IMG/VR virus record: IMGVR_UViG_3300035126_000982
Source: an uncultured virus (IMG/VR IMGVR_UViG_3300035126_000982)
Lineage: Duplodnaviria; Heunggongvirae; Uroviricota; Caudoviricetes
DNA: 64,000 nt
Reading direction: 5' to 3' (one strand)
This document shows, one piece after another, positions 45,418-55,626 of this stretch. The notes under the pieces were generated by a model that did no database searches, was not told the DNA's origin, and worked only from the letters and a program-made list of their open reading frames with translations. Each line of letters starts with the position of its first letter. Position 1 is the first letter of the stretch. The translations under genes and the position numbers were made by a program.

Positions 45418-45676
45418 TACTATATCCTGGTGGCACTACAAAATCATTTCGACTAATTTTAGTATACTTAAATCCGACTAGTTTACAGGTTTTTATGAGA
45501 AGTTCCTCTTCATATTCTGCGATTCCTAGATTATCCACATCCATTTCTTCAAGCATCATCATGTAACGATGAGCATCATCAAAATCCTCAAAGAATAAAA
45601 TAACCTTTTCGTCCAATTCATTAATAACCGAAAAGGCTCCTTTTTCTCGACCCTCAGTAGAAACAATAACGTACAT
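45404..45676 (-). CDS. Hypothetical protein
   Basis: 90-aa ORF between gp47 and gp46. Confidence 0.7.
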   Translation of the reverse strand: MYVIVSTEGREKGAFSVINELDEKVILFFEDFDDAHRYMMMLEEMDVDNLGIAEYEEELLIKTCKLVGFKYTKISRNDFVVPPGYSNADL

Positions 45677-46725
45677 CAGACAGCATCCATTGAAGAAACG
45701 TACAATTGATTAATAATATTTTTAATCTTAGATTTATCCAGAGTGATATCGCATTCATCAACATAAGAATGAAGAATACTCATAGTATCTTCTGATTCGA
45801 TTTGCTCAATAGCCGAAGAATCAATAATATTCTCCAGACTTTCAATAATCTTCAGTTCAAATGGTCCTTGATCATTGATCTTTTGAATAAATCGCTCAAA
45901 GAGCTTGACTGACTTTTTATTTCTGACCACAACCCGAACCAGCTTTCCTTCTAGGTCTTTAGGGACCCGAATTCGATCCTCATCATAAACAATCTGGTAA
46001 TGAAGTTTATAAGGATTATCAACGTGATAATGCTCTAGGGTTTCCGTGTCAAGAATCGTGAAGCCTCTAACATCGTCCACATCATTGAAATATATTTCAT
46101 AAGGATTTCCCAGGTAAAAGATCTTTCCATTATCAGACCGGGTGTGATAATGTCCTGAAAAAACCTTTTCAAATTTAAAGAACGGATCAGCATCCCTAGA
46201 ATCTTCCATGACATGTCCTCTATGGGCCACAAAGCCATTGAGTTCTAGATGTCCTACAGCCAGTCTACATTTGGACTTCTCAATCGTCCGATAAACAATC
46301 TCTTCATTTTCACTTGTGATCCAGGGAATAAAGAGAACATCCAGGCCCTCAATATTAACCTCTACTGGTTCTGAATAAACATGAATATTCGGGTATCCCT
46401 GTAAAAGAAGAGAAGGAGAATTAATACGATTAGAATTTCTTAGAAAAATATCATGATTTCCCACGATCATGTGAGTCTCATAATTTTTTAGTGGATCTAG
46501 AACAACTCTTTGAGTCCAATCAAGACCATCATATTCAATAATTCTTCGATTGTCAAAGGCATCACCCAAATGAAGAACCGTTTTAATTCCTTCTTTCTCT
46601 AAAGTGGGAAAAAAGACGTTTTTATAAAACAGCTCAAAATAATCCTGGAAGAGTTTAGATGACTTCCTCGCGCAGTAATGTGTGTCGGTAATACAAGCCA
46701 CCTTAGCCATTGATCTCATCCTCAA
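45676..46725 (-). CDS. gp47: Recombination nuclease subunit (SbcD/Mre11-like)
   Basis: TDTH, LGDAFD, GNHD, GHLE, SGHYH. Confidence 0.92.
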   Translation of the reverse strand: MRMRSMAKVACITDTHYCARKSSKLFQDYFELFYKNVFFPTLEKEGIKTVLHLGDAFDNRRIIEYDGLDWTQRVVLDPLKNYETHMIVGNHDIFLRNSNRINSPSLLLQGYPNIHVYSEPVEVNIEGLDVLFIPWITSENEEIVYRTIEKSKCRLAVGHLELNGFVAHRGHVMEDSRDADPFFKFEKVFSGHYHTRSDNGKIFYLGNPYEIYFNDVDDVRGFTILDTETLEHYHVDNPYKLHYQIVYDEDRIRVPKDLEGKLVRVVVRNKKSVKLFERFIQKINDQGPFELKIIESLENIIDSSAIEQIESEDTMSILHSYVDECDITLDKSKIKNIINQLYVSSMDAV

Positions 46726-46851
46726 AAGACTGCACCAATAGTAATAGCAGTGCCCGATCCTCAGACTTTTCTAGTTTTTCAAACAATTTTTCCATCATTA
46801 CTTTTCTTTTGTCTTTTCTCACCTTAAATTGTTTAGATTCACTAAATCCCA

Positions 46852-47346
46852 TCAGAGTCGATTCTTAAAGTGTACATTATCACGAATAGAAGAATAATCT
46901 GAATAATTATCCATGTAGTCTCCATCATCTACCATCACTTCGCTGAAGTTCAGTCTTTCAATGATGAGAGACTTTTTCTCCGATTCTCTTTTTTCAATTT
47001 TAATTCTTCTTAAGAAAGCATAGTAAGTAATTTGAGTAAAATAAGCAAAGGGGTTGGTTGATTTTTCTGGATCAAAGTTGAGAATATACCTAGACATATT
47101 TTCAACAGCATCAGAAATTAGTTCTTCTTTGTAAGAATAATTTGCATAATTTCCTTGAAAACCAAATCGGGTGGCTATTTGTAAAAAACATTCTCCGATA
47201 TATCTGGGAATTTGTGGTCTTTGTTCTCCTTTTTCTTTGGCAGTTGCACAGTCTAATTTATACTGAACCAAAGCATCTAGAAACTCTTTATTATTTACAT
47301 AATGAACTGGTCTTTTCTTTTTTGTCATTACTGATGTTGTAATCAT
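46852..47346 (-). CDS. gp55: Late-transcription sigma factor
   Basis: HYVNNKEF..YIGECF..NFDPEKSTNPFAYFTQI..AFLRRI; probable start MITTSV. Confidence 0.92.
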   Translation of the reverse strand: MITTSVMTKKKRPVHYVNNKEFLDALVQYKLDCATAKEKGEQRPQIPRYIGECFLQIATRFGFQGNYANYSYKEELISDAVENMSRYILNFDPEKSTNPFAYFTQITYYAFLRRIKIEKRESEKKSLIIERLNFSEVMVDDGDYMDNYSDYSSIRDNVHFKNRL

Positions 47347-47425
47347 ATTAGCTCTTAACTGATATTTATCCAAATTGTAGCATGAAAAGCAACTTCTGTC
47401 AAGCCCCCTAAATAAGACAAGATGC

Positions 47426-47815
47426 ATGGGACAGATGGAGTTTTCAGCAACTATTAAGCTAATTTCCGGAGAAGAGATTTTTGCTAAAGTAACTCCATGT
47501 GAAGAGGACAACAAAGATCTTCTTCTTCTTTATGAGCCGGTAATTATCAGTACAATTAATACAGTCAATGGTTATGGATACAAAATTGAACCCTGGCTAA
47601 AAACTGCTGATGATGATATGTTTATTATCCAAAAAGATCGTATTATTACAATAAGTGAATGTAGAGATCAAGATCTAATTTCTTATCATGAAAAATTCAT
47701 TAGACAAAAGAACAAATTGAGTTATTCTAATCCTTATGAAGAGAAATTAGGAAAAGAACAGGGTTATGTTGATACAGTAAAAGAGATGAGAGAGAAACTA
47801 GAGAAACTTCTTTAA
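47426..47815 (+). CDS. Conserved cyanophage hypothetical protein
   Basis: ATIKLISGEEIFAKV..EPWLK. Confidence 0.7.
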   Translation: MGQMEFSATIKLISGEEIFAKVTPCEEDNKDLLLLYEPVIISTINTVNGYGYKIEPWLKTADDDMFIIQKDRIITISECRDQDLISYHEKFIRQKNKLSYSNPYEEKLGKEQGYVDTVKEMREKLEKLL

Positions 47816-47817
47816 AT

Positions 47818-48165
47818 CTTTATTGTTTATTAATTAATATAGAATATAGCTCCCGCATCTTCGGAACAAACCAACTCTACTAGAAGTCCAAATAAAAGTC
47901 AAGTGCCTATGTGACAATCTCTAGACTGTCATAATACAAAGCATTAAAAAGAAGCAATTGAAAGTCCTTCGGACTTTATTCCCCGAAGGGGAATTGCTTC
48001 TATATTATTTAAATATTTATTGTTTATTTAATATTAATATACTAGTCCTATCAAACCGACAAACCGATTCTAGGCTCGATTCGAGAGAAAGTCAAGTGGG
48101 TATGTGACAATCAAGGAATTGTAACAAGGGTGGTTGACAGATTTGGATATAGGGTGTATTATACG
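47818..48165. promoter_or_regulatory. AT-rich intergenic region with duplicated minus-strand promoters, a plus-strand promoter and a branched hairpin
   Basis: Two copies of TTATTGTTTATT..ACAAACC..AAAGTCAAGTG..TATGTGACAATC; plus-strand TTGACA near 48135; hairpins 47951-48000. Confidence 0.6.
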
Positions 48166-48186
48166 CAAGTTCAATAAATTTTTATA

Positions 48187-48489
48187 ATGTCTAATCTTAA
48201 AAGCCTTTTTCATGTAAGCAACCATGTCGATAAGTCCACTCGGATTTCTTATGAGGAATCCCAGGCCATAGTTGCACTAGCCAATGCAGTAGTAGAAAAC
48301 GCCAGGGCTATTTCGGCCATTTGTAATTTGGCCAGTGTCTCTGGTCCAGTGGCCAATGTTTCTAATTGTAATTTCTACAATAATGCCTCTGATACCTCCG
48401 CAATGAGTGTTGGTTCCGAGGATCCTGAAGAAATGGAAGATCCAGTGGAGGTAGAAGAATCTGAGGATCTGGAAGACTCTGAAGTGTAG
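48187..48489 (+). CDS. Hypothetical protein with acidic C-terminus
   Basis: 100-aa ORF after an early promoter. Confidence 0.6.
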   Translation: MSNLKSLFHVSNHVDKSTRISYEESQAIVALANAVVENARAISAICNLASVSGPVANVSNCNFYNNASDTSAMSVGSEDPEEMEDPVEVEESEDLEDSEV

Positions 48490-48656
48490 AATGGAAGACT
48501 TTAATGGAATGTCCCTCGCGTTAGAAGAACTAAGATTCCATATTAAACTTAATGGAGAAATTAGCGCATCAACACATTCGATGCTTATAAAATGTATATC
48601 AGTACAAAACCCTGGGTAAAAAATAATTACCTCAAAATTCCTTCTAGAAAACCCGA

Positions 48657-48953
48657 TTGGATTTAATTATGCTCGATTCAGAATTTATTGATCAGTTTTT
48701 TGATGGTCCTGAACTTAATGAGGACCAAAAAAGTGCTTTTAATGTCTTGGATGTAAGGCTAACCGACTTTGACCATAGATCAGAATTGGATGTTTATAAT
48801 TCTTGTATGTTCTTCACTAGACTTTTAACAAAAATCCAAAAAATGGAAAACCGAATACAAGAACTAGAAGAACAGCTAGAAAGTACTTCTTATAATCTTG
48901 GAGAACTAGAAGATCGGGTAGAAAAAAAAGGTGTCTACATGGAGGATTGGTGA
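48657..48953 (+). CDS. Hypothetical protein
   Basis: 98-aa ORF. Confidence 0.55.
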   Translation: MDLIMLDSEFIDQFFDGPELNEDQKSAFNVLDVRLTDFDHRSELDVYNSCMFFTRLLTKIQKMENRIQELEEQLESTSYNLGELEDRVEKKGVYMEDW

Positions 48954-49135
48954 TGCTTATAGGTTATTATTGTATTTGCATACATGATTTTCCAGAGGAC
49001 GAGGGCATCGTGTACTTTTATGAAACTCCAAAAGTTGGTGACGAGTTTAAATTACCATCAAGTGACTATAAAGAAACCTGGAAAATAAGTTCAGTTAATG
49101 AAGAAGACTTAGTAATTCATGCAGTAGAAATCTAA
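48947..49135 (+). CDS. Hypothetical protein
   Basis: 62-aa ORF with GGAGG RBS. Confidence 0.55.
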   Translation: MVMLIGYYCICIHDFPEDEGIVYFYETPKVGDEFKLPSSDYKETWKISSVNEEDLVIHAVEI

Positions 49136-49612
49136 ATGAAACCAGTAAATATTTTCAGACTAACACATGAAGTTGCATATAGTTATAGTGATTATGAAAT
49201 GCAATTTCTTTATTTTGATAGACCAGAACCAATAAAATTTTTAAAATTTGACGAAGATACAAATCTTGAAATTAATAAATCAAAAATTTACTCACAAAAA
49301 ATAAAGAAATTAAGTTTCGATAGTGAAACTCTTTTAAATTTCTTCAACAGAAATAATTTCAATATTCAGGGAAATAGTTTTTATTTTGTAGTAGATCCAT
49401 TTCTTGAAAAAGTGTTGGACACACCTTACAGAGAACAAATAATTTCTCTAAATTATTCAATATCAGAAGTAGAACAAGAAAACGAAAAACTAAAAGAAAA
49501 ACAAAAACAATTAGAGAATACTAATCTTAATCTTCTAAAAGAGATTAAAAAGTTTGAACGTTTTCCATTATGGAAAAGATTATATTTAGCATTTATAGGA
49601 AGAACTAAGTGA
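49136..49612 (+). CDS. Hypothetical protein
   Basis: 158-aa ORF. Confidence 0.6.
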   Translation: MKPVNIFRLTHEVAYSYSDYEMQFLYFDRPEPIKFLKFDEDTNLEINKSKIYSQKIKKLSFDSETLLNFFNRNNFNIQGNSFYFVVDPFLEKVLDTPYREQIISLNYSISEVEQENEKLKEKQKQLENTNLNLLKEIKKFERFPLWKRLYLAFIGRTK

Positions 49613-49908
49613 CAAAATTTACAGTAAATCGAGCAGATGGATCTACTTATGAAATCGAATGGCCTCCAGAATTTCATAAAGAGCCCTACAATGAGATTTC
49701 GATCCAATGTGAGGATCCAGAGGCCCTTGTAGCGTCTCTGATAGCCAAATACGAGGCAATCAGGGCTGATGCCCATCAGGACCTCATAAACTTCCCAGGA
49801 GACACAAATTTTATTGGCAATGCTATTTTCTCGGTTCAAGAATCACTTGACAGTCTCCTTTATTTTTTAAAAATGATTGAGTACAGAAAAGAACATGGAA
49901 CATTTTGA
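49609..49908 (+). CDS. Hypothetical protein
   Basis: 99-aa ORF. Confidence 0.55.
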   Translation: MTKFTVNRADGSTYEIEWPPEFHKEPYNEISIQCEDPEALVASLIAKYEAIRADAHQDLINFPGDTNFIGNAIFSVQESLDSLLYFLKMIEYRKEHGTF

Positions 49909-50114
49909 GTTTTATAAAGTTGGTTATATTTACATGGAAAAACAAATGTTTTCGGTCCATTTCTCTTTAGCAATTGCCCAGGCCGCCATGAGAAACATGA
50001 TTGATAGAGGGGTTCAAGTAACCGGGTTAGAGTCTCAGACACTTTAAAAACTGACCACTCATAAGACCAAGAGAACAAAAGTCTGATATACTTAGTGAGT
50101 TCAAAAACAACATT

Positions 50115-50726
50115 ATGAAAAAAACCATTAACGGAAAAGAGTACACTATTGAACCGGGTGCCGATCTTCAGTACGCCGATCTTCAGTACGCCGATCTTCA
50201 GTACGCCAATCTTGTGGGCGCCGATCTTCGGGGGGTCATTCTTCGGAACGCCAATCTTCGGGGCGCCGATCTTGTGGGCGCCAATCTTGTGGGCGCCAAT
50301 CTTGTGGACGCCGATCTTCTGGACGCCGATCTTCGGGGCGCCAATCTTGTGGGCGCCAATCTTGTGGGTGCCGATCTTGGGGGTGCCGATCTTGAAAATG
50401 CAAAACTTCCTAATTTCCAACTCCCTCCAGAAAAAGGTTCCTTTATTGCCTATAAAAAAGTTGATACTGGAGTTATTGAAATTTTAATTCCTGAAGACGC
50501 AAAAAGAACCTCTTCTCTTGTTTCTCGCAAGTGTCGGGCTTCTCATGTTATGGTTCTTGAAGGCTCTGGATTTTCCCCAACACATACTGAAAAGAAATTA
50601 GAATATAAAGAAGGAGAAGTTGTTTATGCCGATGCCTTTAATGACGACATTAGGGTTGATTGTACTTCAGGAATTCATTTCTTTATGACAAAAAAAGAAG
50701 CCGAGGAGTGGGGTTCTAACATCTAA
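50115..50726 (+). CDS. Pentapeptide-repeat protein with C-terminal globular domain
   Basis: A(D/N)Lxx repeats (15-bp tandem units ~50160-50400), then [14 protein letters not shown]. Confidence 0.88.
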   Translation: MKKTINGKEYTIEPGADLQYADLQYADLQYANLVGADLRGVILRNANLRGADLVGANLVGANLVDADLLDADLRGANLVGANLVGADLGGADLENAKLPNFQLPPEKGSFIAYKKVDTGVIEILIPEDAKRTSSLVSRKCRASHVMVLEGSGFSPTHTEKKLEYKEGEVVYADAFNDDIRVDCTSGIHFFMTKKEAEEWGSNI

Positions 50727-50845
50727 TGGAAACCCCACACTACAACATTCCCGAACGCTACATTATTTCCGATTTTCATTATGATGATCAGGTATTGGAC
50801 CACCGATGAATACAAAAAAACAATCAAAGACGCTTTGAATCAAGC

Positions 50846-51058
50846 ATGACACTCACTTCAAAATTTAAAAAAGACATCAATACTCTTCGCCAGGCAGCAA
50901 ATTGTGAGCTTCATCTTGGCATTAAAAATCCAAAGCTATATAAGAAGGTAAAGCGATTCTATGAGCAACAAGGAATCGTCTTTTCCGGAGAACCGGAGGA
51001 TGATTATGAGATGCTTATTGATTACCTATACGAAGATCTTGAACTACAAACAGTATGA
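50846..51058 (+). CDS. Conserved cyanophage hypothetical protein
   Basis: KFKKDI..KNPKLYKKV..DDYE. Confidence 0.7.
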   Translation: MTLTSKFKKDINTLRQAANCELHLGIKNPKLYKKVKRFYEQQGIVFSGEPEDDYEMLIDYLYEDLELQTV

Positions 51059-51714
51059 TTGAAAATTTTTCTTGGTTTGAAAACAAAAAAGACAATTTTA
51101 GGGAATATGTTTTAGGACTTCCTGATTCAGAAGTAGAAGAAATTCTTGGAGCGATTCCCTCAGCCTGGAATTACCCACCAAAAAGTCATCGAGAATTTGC
51201 CGAATGGTTAATTAAAACTCTAAAACCAAAAGTTACAGTAGAACTTGGCGTAGATTATGGGTATTCATCTTTCTTAATGGCTCTTTGTCAAAATAATCCG
51301 GTTTATGGAATTGATTGTTTTGATATTTCAAAACATGGAATCCGAATTGATGATGATTATCAATTTGTTCTTGCTGTCAAAGAAAAGTTAAAAATTGATA
51401 ATCTCACGATTATTAAAGATTATTTTGATAATGTGGCAAAAAGCTGGGATCAGCCAATTGATCTTTTGCACATTGATGGTCTTCATGATTATGATAACTG
51501 CAAGAATGATTTTGAAACGTGGTTTACTCTTATGTCTAAAAAAGGAGTTGTCATAATGCACGACACAATTTCAGCACCAGATGGTGTTGGGAGATTCTTT
51601 AATGAATTAGACCATCCAAAAATCAACTTTAAAAATTCTTTCGGTCTAGGTGTTGTTGCAAAAAGTCAGACCCTGATTGATAAAATTCAAAATCAGTTTC
51701 ATGATTGGGTTTAA
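51055..51714 (+). CDS. SAM-dependent methyltransferase
   Basis: VELGVDYGYS, IDLLHIDGLHDY, IMHD. Confidence 0.85.
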   Translation: MIENFSWFENKKDNFREYVLGLPDSEVEEILGAIPSAWNYPPKSHREFAEWLIKTLKPKVTVELGVDYGYSSFLMALCQNNPVYGIDCFDISKHGIRIDDDYQFVLAVKEKLKIDNLTIIKDYFDNVAKSWDQPIDLLHIDGLHDYDNCKNDFETWFTLMSKKGVVIMHDTISAPDGVGRFFNELDHPKINFKNSFGLGVVAKSQTLIDKIQNQFHDWV

Positions 51715-52468
51715 TTCCTTGGGGCATTTGGGTAGACTTGGGAATCAAATGTTTCAATATGCCTCTCTTAGAGGCATTGCAAGAAACAATAATTACGAAT
51801 ATTGCATCCCACAATCTGGCCACGAATTATTCAATTGCTTTACACTAAAGAATTTCTCACCATTAAACATCCAATACATTGATCCAAACCGACCAACTGT
51901 TCAAGAAAACAATTTTTCTTTTGATGAAAAACTATTCAATAATTGTCCCTCTTGGGTAAATTTGTTTGGTTTTTTTCAGTCTGAGAAATACTTCAAACAT
52001 ATTGAAAAAGAGATCAAAGAAGATTTTACTTTTATTGATTCAATTTTAGAACCCGCAAAAGAGGCTATTTCATGCTTTGAAAATCCGGTTGCTCTTCATG
52101 TAAGAAGAACCGATTACCTAACCAATCCAAATCATACTGTTCTTCCATTAGAATATTATAGTAATACAATAAAAAAGTTTAATAATCAACAAATTATTGT
52201 ATTTACAGATGATCCTAAATGGGCCTATGAACAAAAACTTTTTGATGATGATCGCTTTGTGATTTCCGAAAACAATTCAAATTATGTTGATCTTTGTTTG
52301 ATGACGTTATGTAGTGGGCACATTATTGCCAATAGTAGTTTTTCTTGGTGGGGTGCCTGGCTCTCTAATAGTGAGAGAGTCATTGCACCTTCTGGTTGGT
52401 TCGAGGGGTCCGATAATTCACACCTAGATACTGTGGATTTAATTCCAAGTGAATGGGAGCTTATTTAA
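51700..52468 (+). CDS. Alpha-1,2-fucosyltransferase (GT11)
   Basis: GRLGNQMFQYA, HVRRTDY, IIANSSFSWWGAWL. Confidence 0.9.
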
Positions 52469-53175
52469 TGAAAGTTGCAATTATTTTTATTGGTACTGCA
52501 AAGTACATCGATTTTCTTCCGCTTTATTACGAAAAGTGTGAAGAAAATTTCTTGGTAAATACACAAAAAACCTATTTTGTCTTTACTGATGGAGAGATCT
52601 CTGATCCACCAGAAAATGTGAAAATTTATTCTCAAGAACATCTACCCTGGCCCTATATTACTCTAAAGAGATTTGAAATTATAAACAAGGCAAGTGAAGA
52701 TCTTTATAATTTTGATTGGGTTGTTTTTATGGATGCAGATACCCTAGTAGTTGATAAAATTACTGAAGAAGAATTCTTTAGTGATAAACAACTTTTGGGG
52801 GTTCATCATCCATGCGCCTTTATGAAAATGCCTCCGCACAATGAACCACCTGGGGCCTTTGAGACCAATCCCATTTCGACCGCCTGGACTAATGATTTTT
52901 CAATTTATTATCAAGGATGTTTTTGGGGTGGAAAGGTTCCTTATGTGATTGACTTGATTGATGAACTAGAGGACTGTGTAAATCAAGATCTAGAGAAAGG
53001 AATTGTTGCGGTATGGCACGATGAAAGCCATTTAAATCGGTATTTCTCACAACATAAAGATCAGATTAGGCTATTTGGTCCAGAATATGCCTATCCAGAA
53101 TCTCTAAAACAATACTTTGATTTTAAACCAAAAATTGTACATCTTGCAAAAAATAATTCAATCTATCACAAATGA
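52468..53175 (+). CDS. Glycosyltransferase family 6
   Basis: YFVFTD, WPYITLKRF, MDAD, FWGG, WHDESHLNRY. Confidence 0.88.
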   Translation: MKVAIIFIGTAKYIDFLPLYYEKCEENFLVNTQKTYFVFTDGEISDPPENVKIYSQEHLPWPYITLKRFEIINKASEDLYNFDWVVFMDADTLVVDKITEEEFFSDKQLLGVHHPCAFMKMPPHNEPPGAFETNPISTAWTNDFSIYYQGCFWGGKVPYVIDLIDELEDCVNQDLEKGIVAVWHDESHLNRYFSQHKDQIRLFGPEYAYPESLKQYFDFKPKIVHLAKNNSIYHK

Positions 53176-53936
53176 AGTACTCTGTATATTATCATATTTG
53201 GTCTCCTGATCAAACTGATCTCTGGAAGATCATGGTTGATGAACAATTAAAAAGACTTTATAAATCAAATATCCAAGACTATGCGGTAATCAATTGTGCT
53301 ATTAACGGTTCTCAGGCAAGTAGAATCAGGGATTTTGTTTCAATATATGATTGGGTCAATATCTTAGATTATAGAGATAGTGATGAAGAATACGAAGGAT
53401 TTACCTTGAAGTATCTTTATGAAGATTGTGTTTCTAAAAAATACGAGAAGGTTCTATATTTTCATACTAAAGGAATTAGCCATTTTGCCGGAGTGAGAGA
53501 CCAGTATTCGGATAGAAAATTCCGGGCGGTCAATAGCTGGAGGCATCTTATGGAGGCCGGATGTATTGACAATTGGATTCAGAATGTCCTAGAGCTTGAC
53601 AGAAATCAGGTATCTGGGGTAAACTATTGTCTAGACCCCTGGCCGCACATGAGCGGAAACTTTTGGTGGGCTCGGGCTGATTATGTTTCAACATTAAATC
53701 ACCCGACAAAACAAGCATTCAAACAAGATGGCAGAGATTTTGGCCCAATTGAAAGAATGAATTTTGAAAAATGGATTGGGATGAATAATCCAACTGTTTA
53801 CAGTCTTTATGACTCCCCCTTTAGTTATGATTTTAAGGGATTATCTCCTGATATTATCCCAACTCCACTAGGAGAGCCACATTGGTTTTGGCTCTATCGA
53901 GACGATATTTTTCCACATTATATTAAAAAATTATGA
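53172..53936 (+). CDS. Putative glycan-modifying protein
   Basis: YEGFTL..LYFHTKG..HMSGNFWW; located in the GT operon. Confidence 0.6.
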   Translation: MKYSVYYHIWSPDQTDLWKIMVDEQLKRLYKSNIQDYAVINCAINGSQASRIRDFVSIYDWVNILDYRDSDEEYEGFTLKYLYEDCVSKKYEKVLYFHTKGISHFAGVRDQYSDRKFRAVNSWRHLMEAGCIDNWIQNVLELDRNQVSGVNYCLDPWPHMSGNFWWARADYVSTLNHPTKQAFKQDGRDFGPIERMNFEKWIGMNNPTVYSLYDSPFSYDFKGLSPDIIPTPLGEPHWFWLYRDDIFPHYIKKL

Positions 53937-54655
53937 CATTTGGATGTTTTCACACTGTATATGAAAATAAAAGAGCGACCGAGTTTGTTCTAGAGCAATT
54001 TAGAAAGTATCACCCGGATGCTCCTTATACGATTTGTTGTGATGGTGGGGTTGATTATTCTTACCTGGCCAAAAAGTATAATTGTAAATATGTGCATTCA
54101 TATATGAGAATCGGTCGAAGAAATACTGGGCATCCTTCAGGGGTTTATGGATTCACAAAGGACGAATCTCTTCATTGGATTCATATGTTCAGAGAGGCCG
54201 CAATTCATGTCAGGAATTATGGTGGGTCTCATATGATTATGATGGAAGACGACGTATTGACCCAAGGAAAGGTAATCATTGATCCATCCTGGGAATGTGC
54301 TGGATTTGATGTTCCTGGAAATAAAATTGCACCTTCTCTTCTCAAATATATCTCTGATAAGTATCACATTTTTCCGAATGTAGATTGGTATGGTGCCGGT
54401 GGAGGAAGTATCTTCAATATCGAAACTTTCTTGGATAATTATCATCAAATTTATGATTTTATTGATTTTGAGTTTGATTATATTTTAAACAATTTAGATT
54501 ATCGTTTTGGGTGGTTAGATCTTTATATGCAAATTGCTTATTTTGTTTTAGGAAAAGAGTATTTTATTAATACAAATCTAACCGAGGTTTGGAAGACGCC
54601 AAATTATAGGGACACAAATTTCTCTCTTGTTCATGCCTATAAGGAACTTTATTGA
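53933..54655 (+). CDS. Putative glycosyltransferase (GT-A)
   Basis: CDGG, MEDDV, GAGGG. Confidence 0.6.
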   Translation: MTFGCFHTVYENKRATEFVLEQFRKYHPDAPYTICCDGGVDYSYLAKKYNCKYVHSYMRIGRRNTGHPSGVYGFTKDESLHWIHMFREAAIHVRNYGGSHMIMMEDDVLTQGKVIIDPSWECAGFDVPGNKIAPSLLKYISDKYHIFPNVDWYGAGGGSIFNIETFLDNYHQIYDFIDFEFDYILNNLDYRFGWLDLYMQIAYFVLGKEYFINTNLTEVWKTPNYRDTNFSLVHAYKELY

Positions 54656-55626
54656 TGAATATTGCACTAATTGGTCCTGGAATTCTACCCATTCCCCCCA
54701 ATGGTTGGGGGGCGGTTGAGAGTCTTATTTGGGACTATTCTCTTGAACTGAATCAGTTAGGACACACTGGAATTATAACCAACACCCAAGACTGGGATGA
54801 TATCATTTCTGATTTAAATTCGGATAATTTTGATTTCGCCCATCTTCATTATGATGTTTTTTATCCTCTTCTTGATAGAATCAAAAATGAAACCAAAATC
54901 AAGACTATTGGGATGAGTAGTCATTATCCATATATTGATCAATCTCACATGCATCAGAGGGATGGTTATGACAAGATTTTTGATTTTATTATTAAGAACA
55001 ATCAATACTTTATCTTCTGTATTTCTAAAAAAGATTACAAGACATTTAAGAGTCATGGGGCCAATGAGGACTTTTTGATTCTTTCAGAAAATGGAGCAAA
55101 TCATAATACTTTTACTTATAACAAAACTCCTTCTCTTCCTAATAGGTCTTTATACCTAGGCCAGATTTGTCAAAGAAAAAAACAATGGATTTATCAAGAT
55201 ATTGAGTGCATTGATTTTGTTGGCAAGATCATGGCCCAAACACCTTTTGACCCAAATAAAAACTATCTTGCGGAATGGTCTGATGAAGAAAAACGATCTA
55301 ATTTCACTAATTATGGTAATCTTGTTCTGTTGTCTGATGGCGAAAACGGAACTCCTTTGGTCGTTAAAGAGGCCCTGATTAATGGTTTAGGAGTTGTTAT
55401 TTCTAAATACGCTGCCCATGATCTAGAAGATGGTCTTCCCTTTGTTTCTGTTATATCAGATGAAAAATTAGAAGATCTTGATTACATTAAAGAGAAAATA
55501 GAAGAAAATCGAGAAGTTTCTCTTTCTATGAGAGATGATATCAGGCAATATGCAATAGACAATTTTTCATGGGAAAGTCTGGTTAAACTTTATGCGGAGA
55601 ATGTTGAAAAATGCAAATCTGTATAA
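54652..55626 (+). CDS. Glycosyltransferase (GT-B/GT4-like)
   Basis: PIPPNGWGAVE, LLSDGE..PLVVKEA. Confidence 0.8.
   Translation: MMNIALIGPGILPIPPNGWGAVESLIWDYSLELNQLGHTGIITNTQDWDDIISDLNSDNFDFAHLHYDVFYPLLDRIKNETKIKTIGMSSHYPYIDQSHMHQRDGYDKIFDFIIKNNQYFIFCISKKDYKTFKSHGANEDFLILSENGANHNTFTYNKTPSLPNRSLYLGQICQRKKQWIYQDIECIDFVGKIMAQTPFDPNKNYLAEWSDEEKRSNFTNYGNLVLLSDGENGTPLVVKEALINGLGVVISKYAAHDLEDGLPFVSVISDEKLEDLDYIKEKIEENREVSLSMRDDIRQYAIDNFSWESLVKLYAENVEKCKSV

Noticed and set aside
47347..47514. N-terminal extension of gp55
   Set aside because: Overlaps the divergent gene and promoter region; gp55-like sequence begins near 47346
50160..50400. Tandem repeats as a CRISPR array
   Set aside because: Contiguous 15-bp coding units with no spacers and no cas genes
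49860..50487. Repetitive ORFs 49860-50420 (-) and 50149-50487 (+)
   Set aside because: Shadow frames of the 15-bp pentapeptide repeats
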